From Clostridia bacterium (lineage in GTDB: Bacteria > Bacillota > Clostridia > Christensenellales > Aristaeellaceae), in the NCBI GenBank assembly GCA_030537335.1, contig JAUNNK010000002.1, positions 1 through 49,150 on the forward strand: a stretch of DNA of 49,150 nt, in the 5' to 3' direction. The first letter of the stretch is position 1; each line of letters starts with the position of its first letter. Made by a program: the position numbers and the translations under genes. Of this stretch, positions 1 through 8,529 are shown piece by piece. The notes beneath the pieces were generated by a model that was given only the letters and a program-made list of their open reading frames with translations, was not told the DNA's origin and did not search any database.

Positions 1-49
1 CTGATGGTACTTGGCTGGCAACGGCCCGGGAGAGTAGGTCGTCGCCGGA
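1..49 (+). rRNA. rrf: 5S rRNA, 3'-terminal fragment (gene continues left of the window)
   Basis: CTGATGGTACTTGG...CCGGGAGAGTAGGTCGTCGCCGG matches the conserved 3' half of Firmicutes-type 5S rRNA (GATGGTA...GAGAGTAGG.CG.CGCC). A tRNA follows 8 nt later, as at rrn operon tails. Confidence 0.75.
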
Positions 50-57
50 TTCAATAA

Positions 58-132
<75 letters not shown>

Positions 133-136
133 ACTC

Positions 137-175
137 TGCACAGCAATTTTGACAAAAAGTTGCTGTGCATTTTCT
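137..175 (+). terminator. Rho-independent terminator closing the rrn/tRNA unit
   Basis: Perfect 10-bp stem TGCACAGCAA (137-146) / TTGCTGTGCA (160-169), 13-nt loop, then TTTTCT. Confidence 0.7.
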
Positions 176-503
176 ATTGCCTATTTATGCAGAATCAAGG
201 GACAAATGGGCATCAAAGTGTACATTTTTGCGTCATTGATGCCAGATTATGCAAAACTTATAGTTCAGTGAAGAAAATTGGACATTTCCCAATGAACTGA
301 AATCGCCTCAATTTGCCACGGATGGAGTAATTTGGCCACGTTTAATGAAAGCTTTGTAATACCAGAATATACAATATAGTCATATTACCATAAAAAGAGC
401 CAAAAACAGGCCGTTCAAACCCAAAACACAAGTGAAACAAGACTGTGGCACAAGTTAATTTAAATATAAGTTGAGTGTTAATAGGCATGGTTAGATCGAT
501 TTT

Positions 504-900
504 GTGTGTAACCAGGATGCTCCGGCTCCGGAAAAGCATTGCTATCGTATTGGTATTTCTACAAAGCACGAAGAAGATGAAGTAGCAGTCATTCGTAATA
601 TGCGTACTGCGGTAAAAGAAGCGTCAAATAGAGAGGTAAAGCTAATTCTTGTTTTTGATGAGATCGAGTGTATATCCTTTATCGCTACTATGGATGAGCA
701 TTGGAAGAACGGATTTAACGATTTTGGCAAACCATTTGGACAAAACCAAAATCTGACATTTATAGTTTCAGGAGTAAATGAAAGCATTTTATGAGGTGGA
801 TTCAATACATAATATGGCCAGAAGAATCCAGAATCCTCTGTTTGGCATCGCGCAATCTGAAAAGTTGAAATGATTGACAGATGAAGAGAGTACCCAGATG
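504..900 (+). pseudogene. AAA/Arch-ATPase-like gene fragment in AT-rich DNA
   Basis: ORF 504-794 carries a Walker-B-like LILVFDEIE. After the stop, other frames still read ATPase-like text (NPLFGIAQSEKLK). There is no N-terminal P-loop region, and local GC is far below the window average. Confidence 0.35.
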
Positions 901-1052
901 GCCGGCTTCTGACCGCGGTCGATGGCACGACAGTGGAAATGCCCTGGGATAACCCATCAAGGGCTGTAAGTTGGACGCCGGAAATGCAGGCGCAGGCGGC
1001 ATTGGACGTTGGAAAGCGCTATCAGGAATAAACAGGCCAGGGAGGAAAGAGC

Positions 1053-2214
1053 ATGGCAGAGAAGATTATCACGAAGATTACCCAGCGCATCAAGCCGCTG
1101 TCGGGTGTGCCGCTTCAGGGGAGAACCCGCCGTAAGGTTGCCGGGTACGCGCGCGTCAGCATGGATTCGTAAGAACAGGAAAACAGCTACGAGGCCCAGG
1201 CGGGGTACTTCACGGATTACATCAGGAACAACCCCGAGTGGGAATTTGTGAAGATCTACACGGATGAGGGCATCAGCGGCCTGAACACGAAGCACCGCGA
1301 GGGGTTCAATGCGATGATCCGCGACGCGCTTGCGGTGAAGATCGGCCTGATCGTGACCAAGAGCGTGAGCCGCTTCTCCAGCAACACCGTGGATACCCTG
1401 ACCGCCATCCGTGAGCTGAAGGCGCACGGAGTGGAGGTCTACTTCCAGAAAGAGAACATATACACCTTCGACGGCAAGGGTGAGTTGATCCCGCCATCGT
1501 CTCTCCCGAGGTATGGGAGCTGGTGCAGATCGAGATCGAGGACCGGAAGATTCACGGGAACCGGTACAGCGGGAAGGGCGCATTCGCCAGCAAGGTGATC
1601 TGTGGAGAATGCGGCTGCTACTTCGGCGCAAAGGTGTGGCACAGCACGGCCCCCTACAGAACCGTGATGCAAGTACGAGGGGCGCAGCGGTGCCATTCGA
1701 CCCATGTCAGGGAGGACGACATCAAGGAGGGGGTTCTGCGGGTCATGATGGAGATTATCCCCAGAAAGTCCGCCGACATTGCTACCTGCCAGCACGTTCT
1801 GAATGAGACGATGGAAACGGAGTCCGTTGAGAGAAAGCTGGAAGCCCTAAAAAAACAGGAAGAATCGCTTCACCGCCAGATTGAGGGCATCGTCGGGGAA
1901 TTCGCCCGCGCCACCATTGAAAAGGCTGTCTATGACCGCGAATACGGAGAATTGCACGGACAGTACGAAGCGGTCGTCGCGAAGATTACGAAGATGGAAG
2001 GCGAGCTGTCGGACGAGTGCCAGCGCCGGAGGAGAGTGGAGCTTTTATCCGGATGCTGGCCGGGGAGCACCAACCGCTGGTGTATGACGGAGGCCTGTTC
2101 ACCGCATATGTGGACAGGGTCATCGTCAGAGGAATCAAGGGGAACGCCAAACTTGAGTACATCCTGCGGGACGGCACTTCGCATACCGTCAAAGTGAGCC
2201 GGCGGAGAGGATAA
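1053..2214 (+). pseudogene. Large serine recombinase, inactivated by a stop, an internal deletion and a frameshift
   Basis: ATG 1053 sits behind GGAGGAAAGA. The N-terminus reads RKVAGYARVSMDS*EQENSYEAQ..YTDEGISGLNTKHREGFNAMI..LIVTKSVSRF..TVDTL..IRELKAHGVEVYFQKENI (resolvase domain) with an in-frame TAA at 1170-1172. At about 1487 the frame changes and about 170 codons (the recombinase domain) are missing. The reading resumes at PAIVSPEVWELVQ..CGECGCYFGAKVWHS (zinc ribbon) and a coiled coil. A further frameshift lies near 2030 ahead of the usual tail (..VDRVIVRG..LEYILRDGTSHTV). Confidence 0.85.
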
Positions 2215-2290
2215 CTGATCTCAAAGAAATGTTTTTCCTATAATTAAATGTTTTTCCCATAATTGTATTTTGCAATATCTATATTCTCTA

Positions 2291-2319
2291 TTGACTTTAA
2301 CACGGTACTGTGTTATAAT
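2291..2319 (+). promoter_or_regulatory. SigA-type promoter of the T-box operon
   Basis: TTGACT (2291-2296), a 17-nt spacer, then TATAAT (2314-2319) with a TGT extended -10. It lies in an AT-rich island. Confidence 0.6.
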
Positions 2320-2326
2320 GTGCAAA

Positions 2327-2584
2327 ACCTTTGATGGGAGATTTGTACATCCAAGCGGCATCAAGAGAGCTCGGGATGGTGGAAGCCGGGCTGCGTCAGC
2401 GGATATACGTGGGTCCCTGAGGGCGAGATGAACGGAGCGATCCCAGTAGTTGAGACGATTGATCCCCGTTACAGGATCGGGAATGTGATGGCATTTCCGT
2501 TGAGGCGGGCGCACACGCGCCAAGCAAGGTGGTACCGCAGGATTATCCCTGTCCTTGAACAAGCAAGGACAGGGTTTTTGTTTT
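2327..2584 (+). promoter_or_regulatory. T-box riboswitch leader (Stem I through terminator)
   Basis: K-turn CC-UUU-GA-U-GGGA (2328-2339) pairs with UCCC-U-GA-GG (2414-2422). AG bulge AAGAGA at 2363-2368. Distal hairpin GCUCGG-GAUGGUGGAAG-CCGGGC at 2369-2391. T-box sequence AAGGUGGUACCGCAG at 2526-2540. Terminator CCCTGTCCTTG/CAAGGACAGGG plus TTTTTGTTTT at 2547-2584. Confidence 0.8.
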
Positions 2585-2597
2585 GGGAGGGAACGCG

Positions 2598-2945
2598 ATG
2601 AACGACAGCTTTGAACTCTATGATCTAAAGGTCGAGGTGGTGGCCACAGATCGTCCGATGGTATGCGGCCATCACGCTGGAGATTACTTCCTGGCGCAGG
2701 GCGAAGACTTGGTTTTCCCGGATACCAACCGGTTTTCGATGTACGCGCTCGCGGCGCTGCTGCCGCTTCTGCCCGCAAAGCAGAGGCCGCTTCATCCAAA
2801 TGATTGGATGCGCTCCGACGCGCTGATCGCCTGTCCGGACCCCAACTGCGGGGCGCAATTCCGCATCACGCGCACGGGAGTGCGCACATTCAGACACGGG
2901 GAATGCACGGTTGTTCCCATACAGGAGGGTGAGAACCATGATTGA
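2598..2945 (+). CDS. Small Cys/His protein, TIGR04076-like (recalled family, unverified)
   Basis: ATG 2598 lies 6 nt after GGGAGGG. The 115-aa product reads FELYDLKVEVV..VCGHHAGDYF..ACPDPNCGAQFRITR. Its stop overlaps the next start. Confidence 0.6.
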   Translation: MNDSFELYDLKVEVVATDRPMVCGHHAGDYFLAQGEDLVFPDTNRFSMYALAALLPLLPAKQRPLHPNDWMRSDALIACPDPNCGAQFRITRTGVRTFRHGECTVVPIQEGENHD

Positions 2946-4005
2946 CAGGATCGACGCGGCGAGGATTACGCTGGACAACGGCTACAGCTTCAGCCGGGTG
3001 ATCAACGGCTGCTGGCAGCTTTCGGCGGAGCATTGCCTGCAGGGCAGGCTGGACATCGACGATGCCATTCACGCCTTTCACATGCTGAAGGAGCGGGGGC
3101 TGACCACCTTCGATTGCGCGGACATCTACACCGGCGTGGAGGAGATACTGGGCCGGTTCGTGTCAGAACTGAAGGCCATGGGCGGCTACAGCCACGACGA
3201 CATACAGATCCACACCAAATTCGTGCCGGACCTGAACCTGCTGGACCAGGTGAACTTCGCCTATACTGAAAAAGTGGTGGACCGCAGCCTGATGCGCATG
3301 GGCCGCGACTGCCTGGATCTGGTGCAGTTCCACTGGTGGGATTATGAGGTGCCGGGCATGATGGAGACCGCGTTTGATCTGGTGAAGCTCCAGCAGAAGG
3401 GCAAGATCCGCAACATCGCCATGTGCAATTACGATACGCCCCACCTGAAGCAGATGCTGGACGCGGGCATAAACATCGTGTCCAATCAGACCCAGTATTC
3501 CCTGTTCGATCGGCGGCCGGAGCGCGCGTTGCTGCAATTCTCCCGCGAGAACGACGTCTACTGCTTCTGCTACGGCACGCTGTCCGGCGGCCTGCTGGCG
3601 GAGCGGTGGATCGGTGCGAAGCAGGCGGATTTCGTGCCGGAGACCCGGTCCCATGTGAAGTATTTGCAGATCGTGGAGGATTCGCTGGGCTGGGATGGCT
3701 TCCAGAAGCTGCTGCTGCTGTTGAAGGACATCGCCGACGCCCACGGAGTGAGCATCTCCAACGTGGCGGCGAAATACATTCTGAACCAGCCTGGAGTGGG
3801 CGCTATCATGCTGGGATGCCGCAACAGCCGCCATGTGGAAGACAACGCCCGGGTAGCGGCGCTGCAATTGACCGACGCCGAAATGGACGCCATCCGCGGC
3901 TTTGTGTCCGCCTATCCCACCCCGGAGGGCGAGCCCTTCACCCTGGAGCGCACGCCAGGTTCCCGCTACCGCAATATCATGAAGATGAATCTCAACAAGG
4001 CGTGA
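2938..4005 (+). CDS. Aldo/keto reductase
   Basis: RBS AGGAGGGTGAG. AKR tetrad context is present: FDCADIYTG (D,Y), IHTKF (K), LVQFHWWD (H). Length is typical at 355 aa. Confidence 0.85.
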   Translation: MIDRIDAARITLDNGYSFSRVINGCWQLSAEHCLQGRLDIDDAIHAFHMLKERGLTTFDCADIYTGVEEILGRFVSELKAMGGYSHDDIQIHTKFVPDLNLLDQVNFAYTEKVVDRSLMRMGRDCLDLVQFHWWDYEVPGMMETAFDLVKLQQKGKIRNIAMCNYDTPHLKQMLDAGINIVSNQTQYSLFDRRPERALLQFSRENDVYCFCYGTLSGGLLAERWIGAKQADFVPETRSHVKYLQIVEDSLGWDGFQKLLLLLKDIADAHGVSISNVAAKYILNQPGVGAIMLGCRNSRHVEDNARVAALQLTDAEMDAIRGFVSAYPTPEGEPFTLERTPGSRYRNIMKMNLNKA

Positions 4006-4080
4006 GCCGCTGAACATCTTCGGCCCGCGGCCCTGTTTTGACCACAAAACCCAATGAACCCATGGAACAGGAGGATTATT

Positions 4081-5376
4081 ATGGCAACTCTGAGTCTTAT
4101 CGGCATTATCGTCGCCATCGCGGTCATGGTCTATGGCTGCATCAAGTCCGTCAACCTCGTGGTGCTCACCCCGATCTGCGCGCTCATCGTGGCGCTGACC
4201 GGCGGTATGTCCATCGTAGAGGGCTACGGCACCACTTACATGAACGGCATGGGCAGTTTCATTATCTCCCAATTCCCCGTGTTCCTGACCGGCGCGCTGT
4301 TCAGCAAGTTCCTGGAGGTCTCGGGTCTGAGCAAATCCATCGCGCTGTCGCTGTTCAAAAAGCTGGGCCGCAACAACATCGTGCTGGCCATGATCGTGTG
4401 CAACATCGTGCTGGCGGTGGCGGGCGTGAACACCTTTGTCATCATCTTCACCATCTTCCCCATTGCGCTGGCGCTGTTCAAGGAGGCTGATCTGCCCCGC
4501 AAGCTGATTCCGGCCTGCATACTGGGTCCCACGGTAGCGGCGTGCATGATCCCCGGCCTGCCCACCCTAAACAACACCATTCCCAGCTCGGCCTTCAATG
4601 TCACGGTGCTTGCGGCGCCGGTGCTGGGTTTCCTGGGCTTCATCCTGATGGCGGTGGGATCGATCCTGTACCTGAACCACGAGGCGAACAAGTGCCGGGC
4701 CCGGGGCGAGCACTTCGAGTCCATCCCTGGCGACGAGCGCTACCTGAGCGAATCGCTGGATGACGGCAACCTGCCCAACCCGCTGTTGGTGCTGATCCCG
4801 CTGGTGTTTGTCATCATCACGCTGAATGTATTCAAGTTCCCCGCCTGGGGCTCCCTGTTCTGCGGCAGTGTGATACTCGTTTGTATCTTCTACAAGAGCG
4901 TTCTGGGCAAGCTGAACACGAGCCTGACCGAGGCAGTGAAAAACTCCCAGGTCATCATCACCACTGCGGCCCTCAGCGGCTTCGGCACGGTGGTGGCGGC
5001 GGTGCCCGGCTATCAGCTGATCGCCGAGGGCCTGACGAAGGTCAGCTTCGGCAACCCCTACCTGTACACCATCATCGCCGTGGCGGTCATCGCAGCCATC
5101 TCCGGCTCGGCCTACGGCAGCATGCGCATCGCTTCCACGGCCATCGGCGAAAAGGTGCTGGCCCTGGGTGGCAACCCGCAGACCATCTCCCGCCTGATGA
5201 CAATGTCCTCCCTGTCCTTCGATTCGCTGCCCCACAACAGCGCCATCGTGCTGGTGCTGAACTACTGCGGCGTGTCCCACAAGGACGGCTATAAGTATCT
5301 GGGCGTCACCACGGTGCTGATGCCGCTGCTGGTGTCCATCCTTGGCGTCATACTGGGCACACTGGGCCTGTGCTGA
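4081..5376 (+). CDS. GntP-family (gluconate/acid-sugar type) permease
   Basis: RBS AGGAGG. The 431-aa polytopic membrane protein has a GntP-like N-terminus and a C-terminal SGSAYGSM..SLPHNSA region. Confidence 0.7.
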   Translation: MATLSLIGIIVAIAVMVYGCIKSVNLVVLTPICALIVALTGGMSIVEGYGTTYMNGMGSFIISQFPVFLTGALFSKFLEVSGLSKSIALSLFKKLGRNNIVLAMIVCNIVLAVAGVNTFVIIFTIFPIALALFKEADLPRKLIPACILGPTVAACMIPGLPTLNNTIPSSAFNVTVLAAPVLGFLGFILMAVGSILYLNHEANKCRARGEHFESIPGDERYLSESLDDGNLPNPLLVLIPLVFVIITLNVFKFPAWGSLFCGSVILVCIFYKSVLGKLNTSLTEAVKNSQVIITTAALSGFGTVVAAVPGYQLIAEGLTKVSFGNPYLYTIIAVAVIAAISGSAYGSMRIASTAIGEKVLALGGNPQTISRLMTMSSLSFDSLPHNSAIVLVLNYCGVSHKDGYKYLGVTTVLMPLLVSILGVILGTLGLC

Positions 5377-5389
5377 CGGGAGGGATTCC

Positions 5390-6163
5390 ATGCTGATCGA
5401 CATGCACGGTCACATCTTCCCGTCCAATCTGCAAAATGACAAGCGGGAGGTGCTGGAGACCATCGAACGCTATGGCATCGACCAAGTGTACCTGTCGGCC
5501 ATAGAGCTGACAAATCAGACCCCCAATGAGCGCGAGCTGGACGAGTGGAACGCCTGCCAATACGCCTTCGAGGCGGAACATCCGGACTGCATCCGCAGCT
5601 ACTGTCGGGTGTGCGTGCTGAACCGCAACGCCCGGGATGTGGCCCGGCGGGGCATATGGGACCACAACGCCGCGGGGCTCAAGCTGCTCAGCGAGGTGAC
5701 CTTTGACAGCCATCTGGCCGACCCCGTGATCGAGGAGGCCATCGCCGCCAATGTGCCGGTGCTGATCCACGCCTCCCACAAGGCGCCGGGTTCGCCCATG
5801 TATCCCAACGAATCCCACAGCGGCCACATTGCCGCGCTGGCGGCGCGGTATCCGGAGGCCAAGATCATCATGGCTCACACCGGCGGCAACGCCTACCGGG
5901 CCGTCAAGACGGTCAGGCCTTATCCCAACGTGGCCATCGACATCTCCGGCTCCCTGCTGCGCGCGGGCACGCTGGAGTACACCGTCGACCTGCTGGGGGT
6001 GGACCGGGTGGTGTTCGGCAGCGACTTCCCCTATGTGCCCCACGCCATCTGCATCGGCAAGGTGCAGGAGGCAAACATCACCGACGCGACCCGCGAGAAG
6101 ATCCTCGCCGGCAACGCACTGCGCCTCTTTGACCGGGGCTGGAAGGTGGGTGATCCGACGTGA
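5390..6163 (+). CDS. Amidohydrolase_2-type metal-dependent hydrolase (TIM barrel)
   Basis: RBS GGGAGGG. Contains N-terminal IDMHGH (HxH), internal IHASH and AHTGG, and VVFGSDFP Asp motifs. Confidence 0.75.
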   Translation: MLIDMHGHIFPSNLQNDKREVLETIERYGIDQVYLSAIELTNQTPNERELDEWNACQYAFEAEHPDCIRSYCRVCVLNRNARDVARRGIWDHNAAGLKLLSEVTFDSHLADPVIEEAIAANVPVLIHASHKAPGSPMYPNESHSGHIAALAARYPEAKIIMAHTGGNAYRAVKTVRPYPNVAIDISGSLLRAGTLEYTVDLLGVDRVVFGSDFPYVPHAICIGKVQEANITDATREKILAGNALRLFDRGWKVGDPT

Positions 6164-6939
6164 GCATCATCGATACCAATGTGTTCTATGGCAGGTGGCC
6201 CTTCCGAAACGCGGGCTTCGACGATATGGACCGCATCCGCGCCGTGTGTGACAAGAACGGTGTGGACGGCATGCTGGTGGCCAGCGTCCAGTCGATCTTC
6301 TACGAGGACCCCTTCGAGGCGGAGCTGGAGCTCCACCGACAGCTGGCGGGCAGGCGGGACGCCTGGCAGGTCTACACCGTCAACCCCCTGGCCGCCGGCT
6401 GGCGGGCGGACCTGGATGCCGCAGTGGACGCGTTCGGAATCAAGGCGGTCAAGATCTATCCGGGCTACCATCCCTACAGCCTGCAGGGCCCGGAGATCGC
6501 GAAGGTGTGCGAGGCGGCGGGGGAGCACAGCCTGCCGCTGATCGTGGCCGGCTGCGTGGAGGACGTGCGCGTCACCCACATGCTGCGCCAGGCGCCCCTG
6601 CCCGCGGACAGGCTGGGGGTGTTCTTGGGCACCTGGCGGGATGTGGACATCGTTCTGTCCAACCTGAGCTTCGGGGAAATCATGGCGCTCAAGCCGAATC
6701 TGCTGTCCCGGGACCGGGTGTATGTGGACATGGCGGGGCTCAAGTTCATCTCCTTCGCGGTGGAAAAGCTGTTGAAGGTCTATCCCGTGGAGATGCTGAT
6801 GTTCGGTTCACAGTGTCCGTTGTACGTGCAGCGCGGTATTCTCAACGAAGTCATCATGGAGGGACTTCCCGGTGCTGTGCAACAGGCTATCCTATACGAT
6901 AATGCATGCAGAGTATTCAATTTGAAGCACGATTGTTGA
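6160..6939 (+). CDS. Amidohydrolase-related protein with degenerate metal ligands
   Basis: The GTG start overlaps the previous stop (GTGA). The fold-level pattern matches the upstream gene, but HxH is replaced by IDTNVF and GSDFP by GSQCP. Confidence 0.6.
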   Translation: MSIIDTNVFYGRWPFRNAGFDDMDRIRAVCDKNGVDGMLVASVQSIFYEDPFEAELELHRQLAGRRDAWQVYTVNPLAAGWRADLDAAVDAFGIKAVKIYPGYHPYSLQGPEIAKVCEAAGEHSLPLIVAGCVEDVRVTHMLRQAPLPADRLGVFLGTWRDVDIVLSNLSFGEIMALKPNLLSRDRVYVDMAGLKFISFAVEKLLKVYPVEMLMFGSQCPLYVQRGILNEVIMEGLPGAVQQAILYDNACRVFNLKHDC

Positions 6940-7041
6940 TGAGGTGGTTGTTGCCAGTCTTCATGTTTGTTTTGCATTCGCTCTTCTTTCCATAGCAAGG
7001 AGGGAACGATGCCATCTGCCCCTGGAACACGTCCAAAGGCG

Positions 7042-7081
7042 CCCTGTCACTCGGCGAAAAACCGAGGGCAGGGTGTTTCTT
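7042..7081 (+). terminator. Probable terminator of the T-box operon
   Basis: Interrupted hairpin CCCTG..CTCGG-CGAAAAA-CCGAG..CAGGG followed by TGTTTCTT. Confidence 0.45.
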
Positions 7082-7090
7082 ATAAAAGGA

Positions 7091-7530
7091 TTATCGCACC
7101 TCCCTGATACGGGTGGGCAGTTCCCTTTTCCAGTCCATCCCTATGGGCAACGGCGGAATCCAGTGGATGACCATTTCACGGTTCTTTGAGGTTTGCGGGC
7201 CCGTCCAGTACCGGTGCCAGTGGGCGGAGCGGACGTGGAGCGGGATGAGGCGTGCTGCGTCCTACCCACCGTGCTTGCGGTGTATTTCCCTGCTTTGAAC
7301 GAACGGATTGCCCTGGGAACCCTCACGCCAACGTCTCAGACGTGCGGTTCCGAGGGCCCTCTGTATCCCCCGCTGACCCGACGGACGCTTCGCACAGGTC
7401 TTTCCATATCCGGCTCGTCGCTGCAGAGGTAAAGCAGAAGCTGCATCATTGACCCCACGGTGTAGCCATGTGTGAGGAGCTCGGTGACCTTCTGGGTGTA
7501 GGTGCGGCGGATGTCCTGCTTCTTCATGCT
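7091..7530 (-). pseudogene. Frameshifted mobile-element (ICE/phage-type) hypothetical gene
   Basis: Starts MKKQDIRRTYTQKVTELL..LLLYLCSDEPDM. Coherent protein text then continues in two other frames (..PRAIRSFKAG.. and ..HVRSAHWHRYWTGPQ..VIHWIPPLPIG..), ending at TAA 7091-7093. At least two frameshifts are needed. Confidence 0.5.
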
Positions 7531-7674
7531 GTGTTTCCTTTCCGGCCTGTAGGCCTGTCCGATTTGAAAGATTGTGTGCGGCTTCCCGCGACCCCTTTCG
7601 GGGTTTCGGCCCGGCGCCAAGGCGACAAGCCTGAGGCTTGTCGGTCTGCCTTTGGCAGACTACCGACGGCTCAA

Positions 7675-7821
7675 TCAGGGAATTGAGGCGCGGCACTCGA
7701 TGGTGCCCTTCTGCCACACCGCGTGGAGGTTGAGCAGGCGATGGCGGCTGCCGTCGTAGTTCTGGCTGGCGTGCCACTGCCAGTTGCTGGAGTCGTACCA
7801 AAGTCTCGCGAGGGCTTCCAT
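7675..7821 (-). other. Small 48-aa ORF of mobile-element flavour (MEALARLWYDSSNWQWHASQNYDG..)
   Basis: Protein-like composition lies inside the relic region, upstream of the frameshifted gene on the same strand. I recognise no family. Confidence 0.25.
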
Positions 7822-7855
7822 GGTCTGGGACTTGGTGAGGTTCAGCCGGGTGAGG

Positions 7856-8095
7856 AAGATCGAAATGCATCCGGGAAACCGGGTGCTGTTTGTTTTCCGG
7901 GATGGCCATGCGGAGGAGAACTTCTGGAAGGATCGCTCTCGCAGGGACAGCTGGGATGCAGAGAAGCGCAAAAGGGCCGCTGAAAAAACGAGGGCACAGC
8001 GCCAGAGAGGAAAGGAGAACCCAGAACAATGCGTGAAGGGAGCTGAACAACGCGGAGATCCCGTGCCCCTCCCGAAAGGGTCTTTGTCGGCGTGA
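7856..8095 (+). pseudogene. Serine-recombinase C-terminal tail fragment
   Basis: KIEMHPGNRVLFVFRDGHAEENFWKDRSRRDSWDAEKRKRAAEK resembles the extreme C-terminus of clostridial large serine recombinases. No upstream catalytic part is present. Confidence 0.5.
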
Positions 8096-8529
8096 TGCAG
8101 AGGATATTGCAGGAGAAGAATGAAATCCTGGTAGCCTGCCGCGCGGCACTGGATGCGGTATTCGATACCATTGAACTAGACCGGGCTGCAAAGCGGCTGG
8201 AGGAACAGGCGCTGGGAATTGCGGAGCGCGTGCGAAAGCTGGTGGAGGAAAACATGCGGGTGCAGATGAATCAGGAGGAATATCATCAGGAATACAATGC
8301 GCTGGCTGAAGATTATGAAAAAGCCAGCGAGAAGCGCCGGAGGCTTGCAGAGCAAAAGCAGGATAAGGCGGATCGCAGGCGAAAGATTGAGATTTTCCTC
8401 CGGATGCTGGAGCAGCAGGATGAATGCCTGGAGTTCGATCCATACACCTTTGTGGAGCTGGTGGATAAAGTGGACGTTGGGAAGGACAAGAAGCTGGTGT
8501 TTTATTCCAGGGGTGGGATGAATTATTGA
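8092..8529 (+). pseudogene. Serine-recombinase C-terminal (coiled-coil plus tail) fragment
   Basis: ..NQEEYHQEYNALAEDYEKASEKRRRLAEQKQDKADRRRKIEIFLRMLEQQDECLEFDPYTFVELVDKVDVGKDKKLVFYSRGG is the typical coiled-coil/terminal beta region. The resolvase, recombinase and zinc-ribbon domains are absent. Confidence 0.7.

Noticed and set aside
342-1002. Minus-strand ORFs 342-569, 542-928 and 802-1002 in the AT-rich segment
   Set aside because: They are short and overlapping, with no RBS or recognisable motifs. The plus-strand ATPase-like fragments explain the residual coding signal better.
7262-8443. 393-aa ORF spanning the relic region
   Set aside because: The text is Pro/Ala/Arg-rich and non-protein-like. 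It crosses three unrelated gene fragments on both strands and has no RBS. The real signal here is the set of pseudogene fragments.
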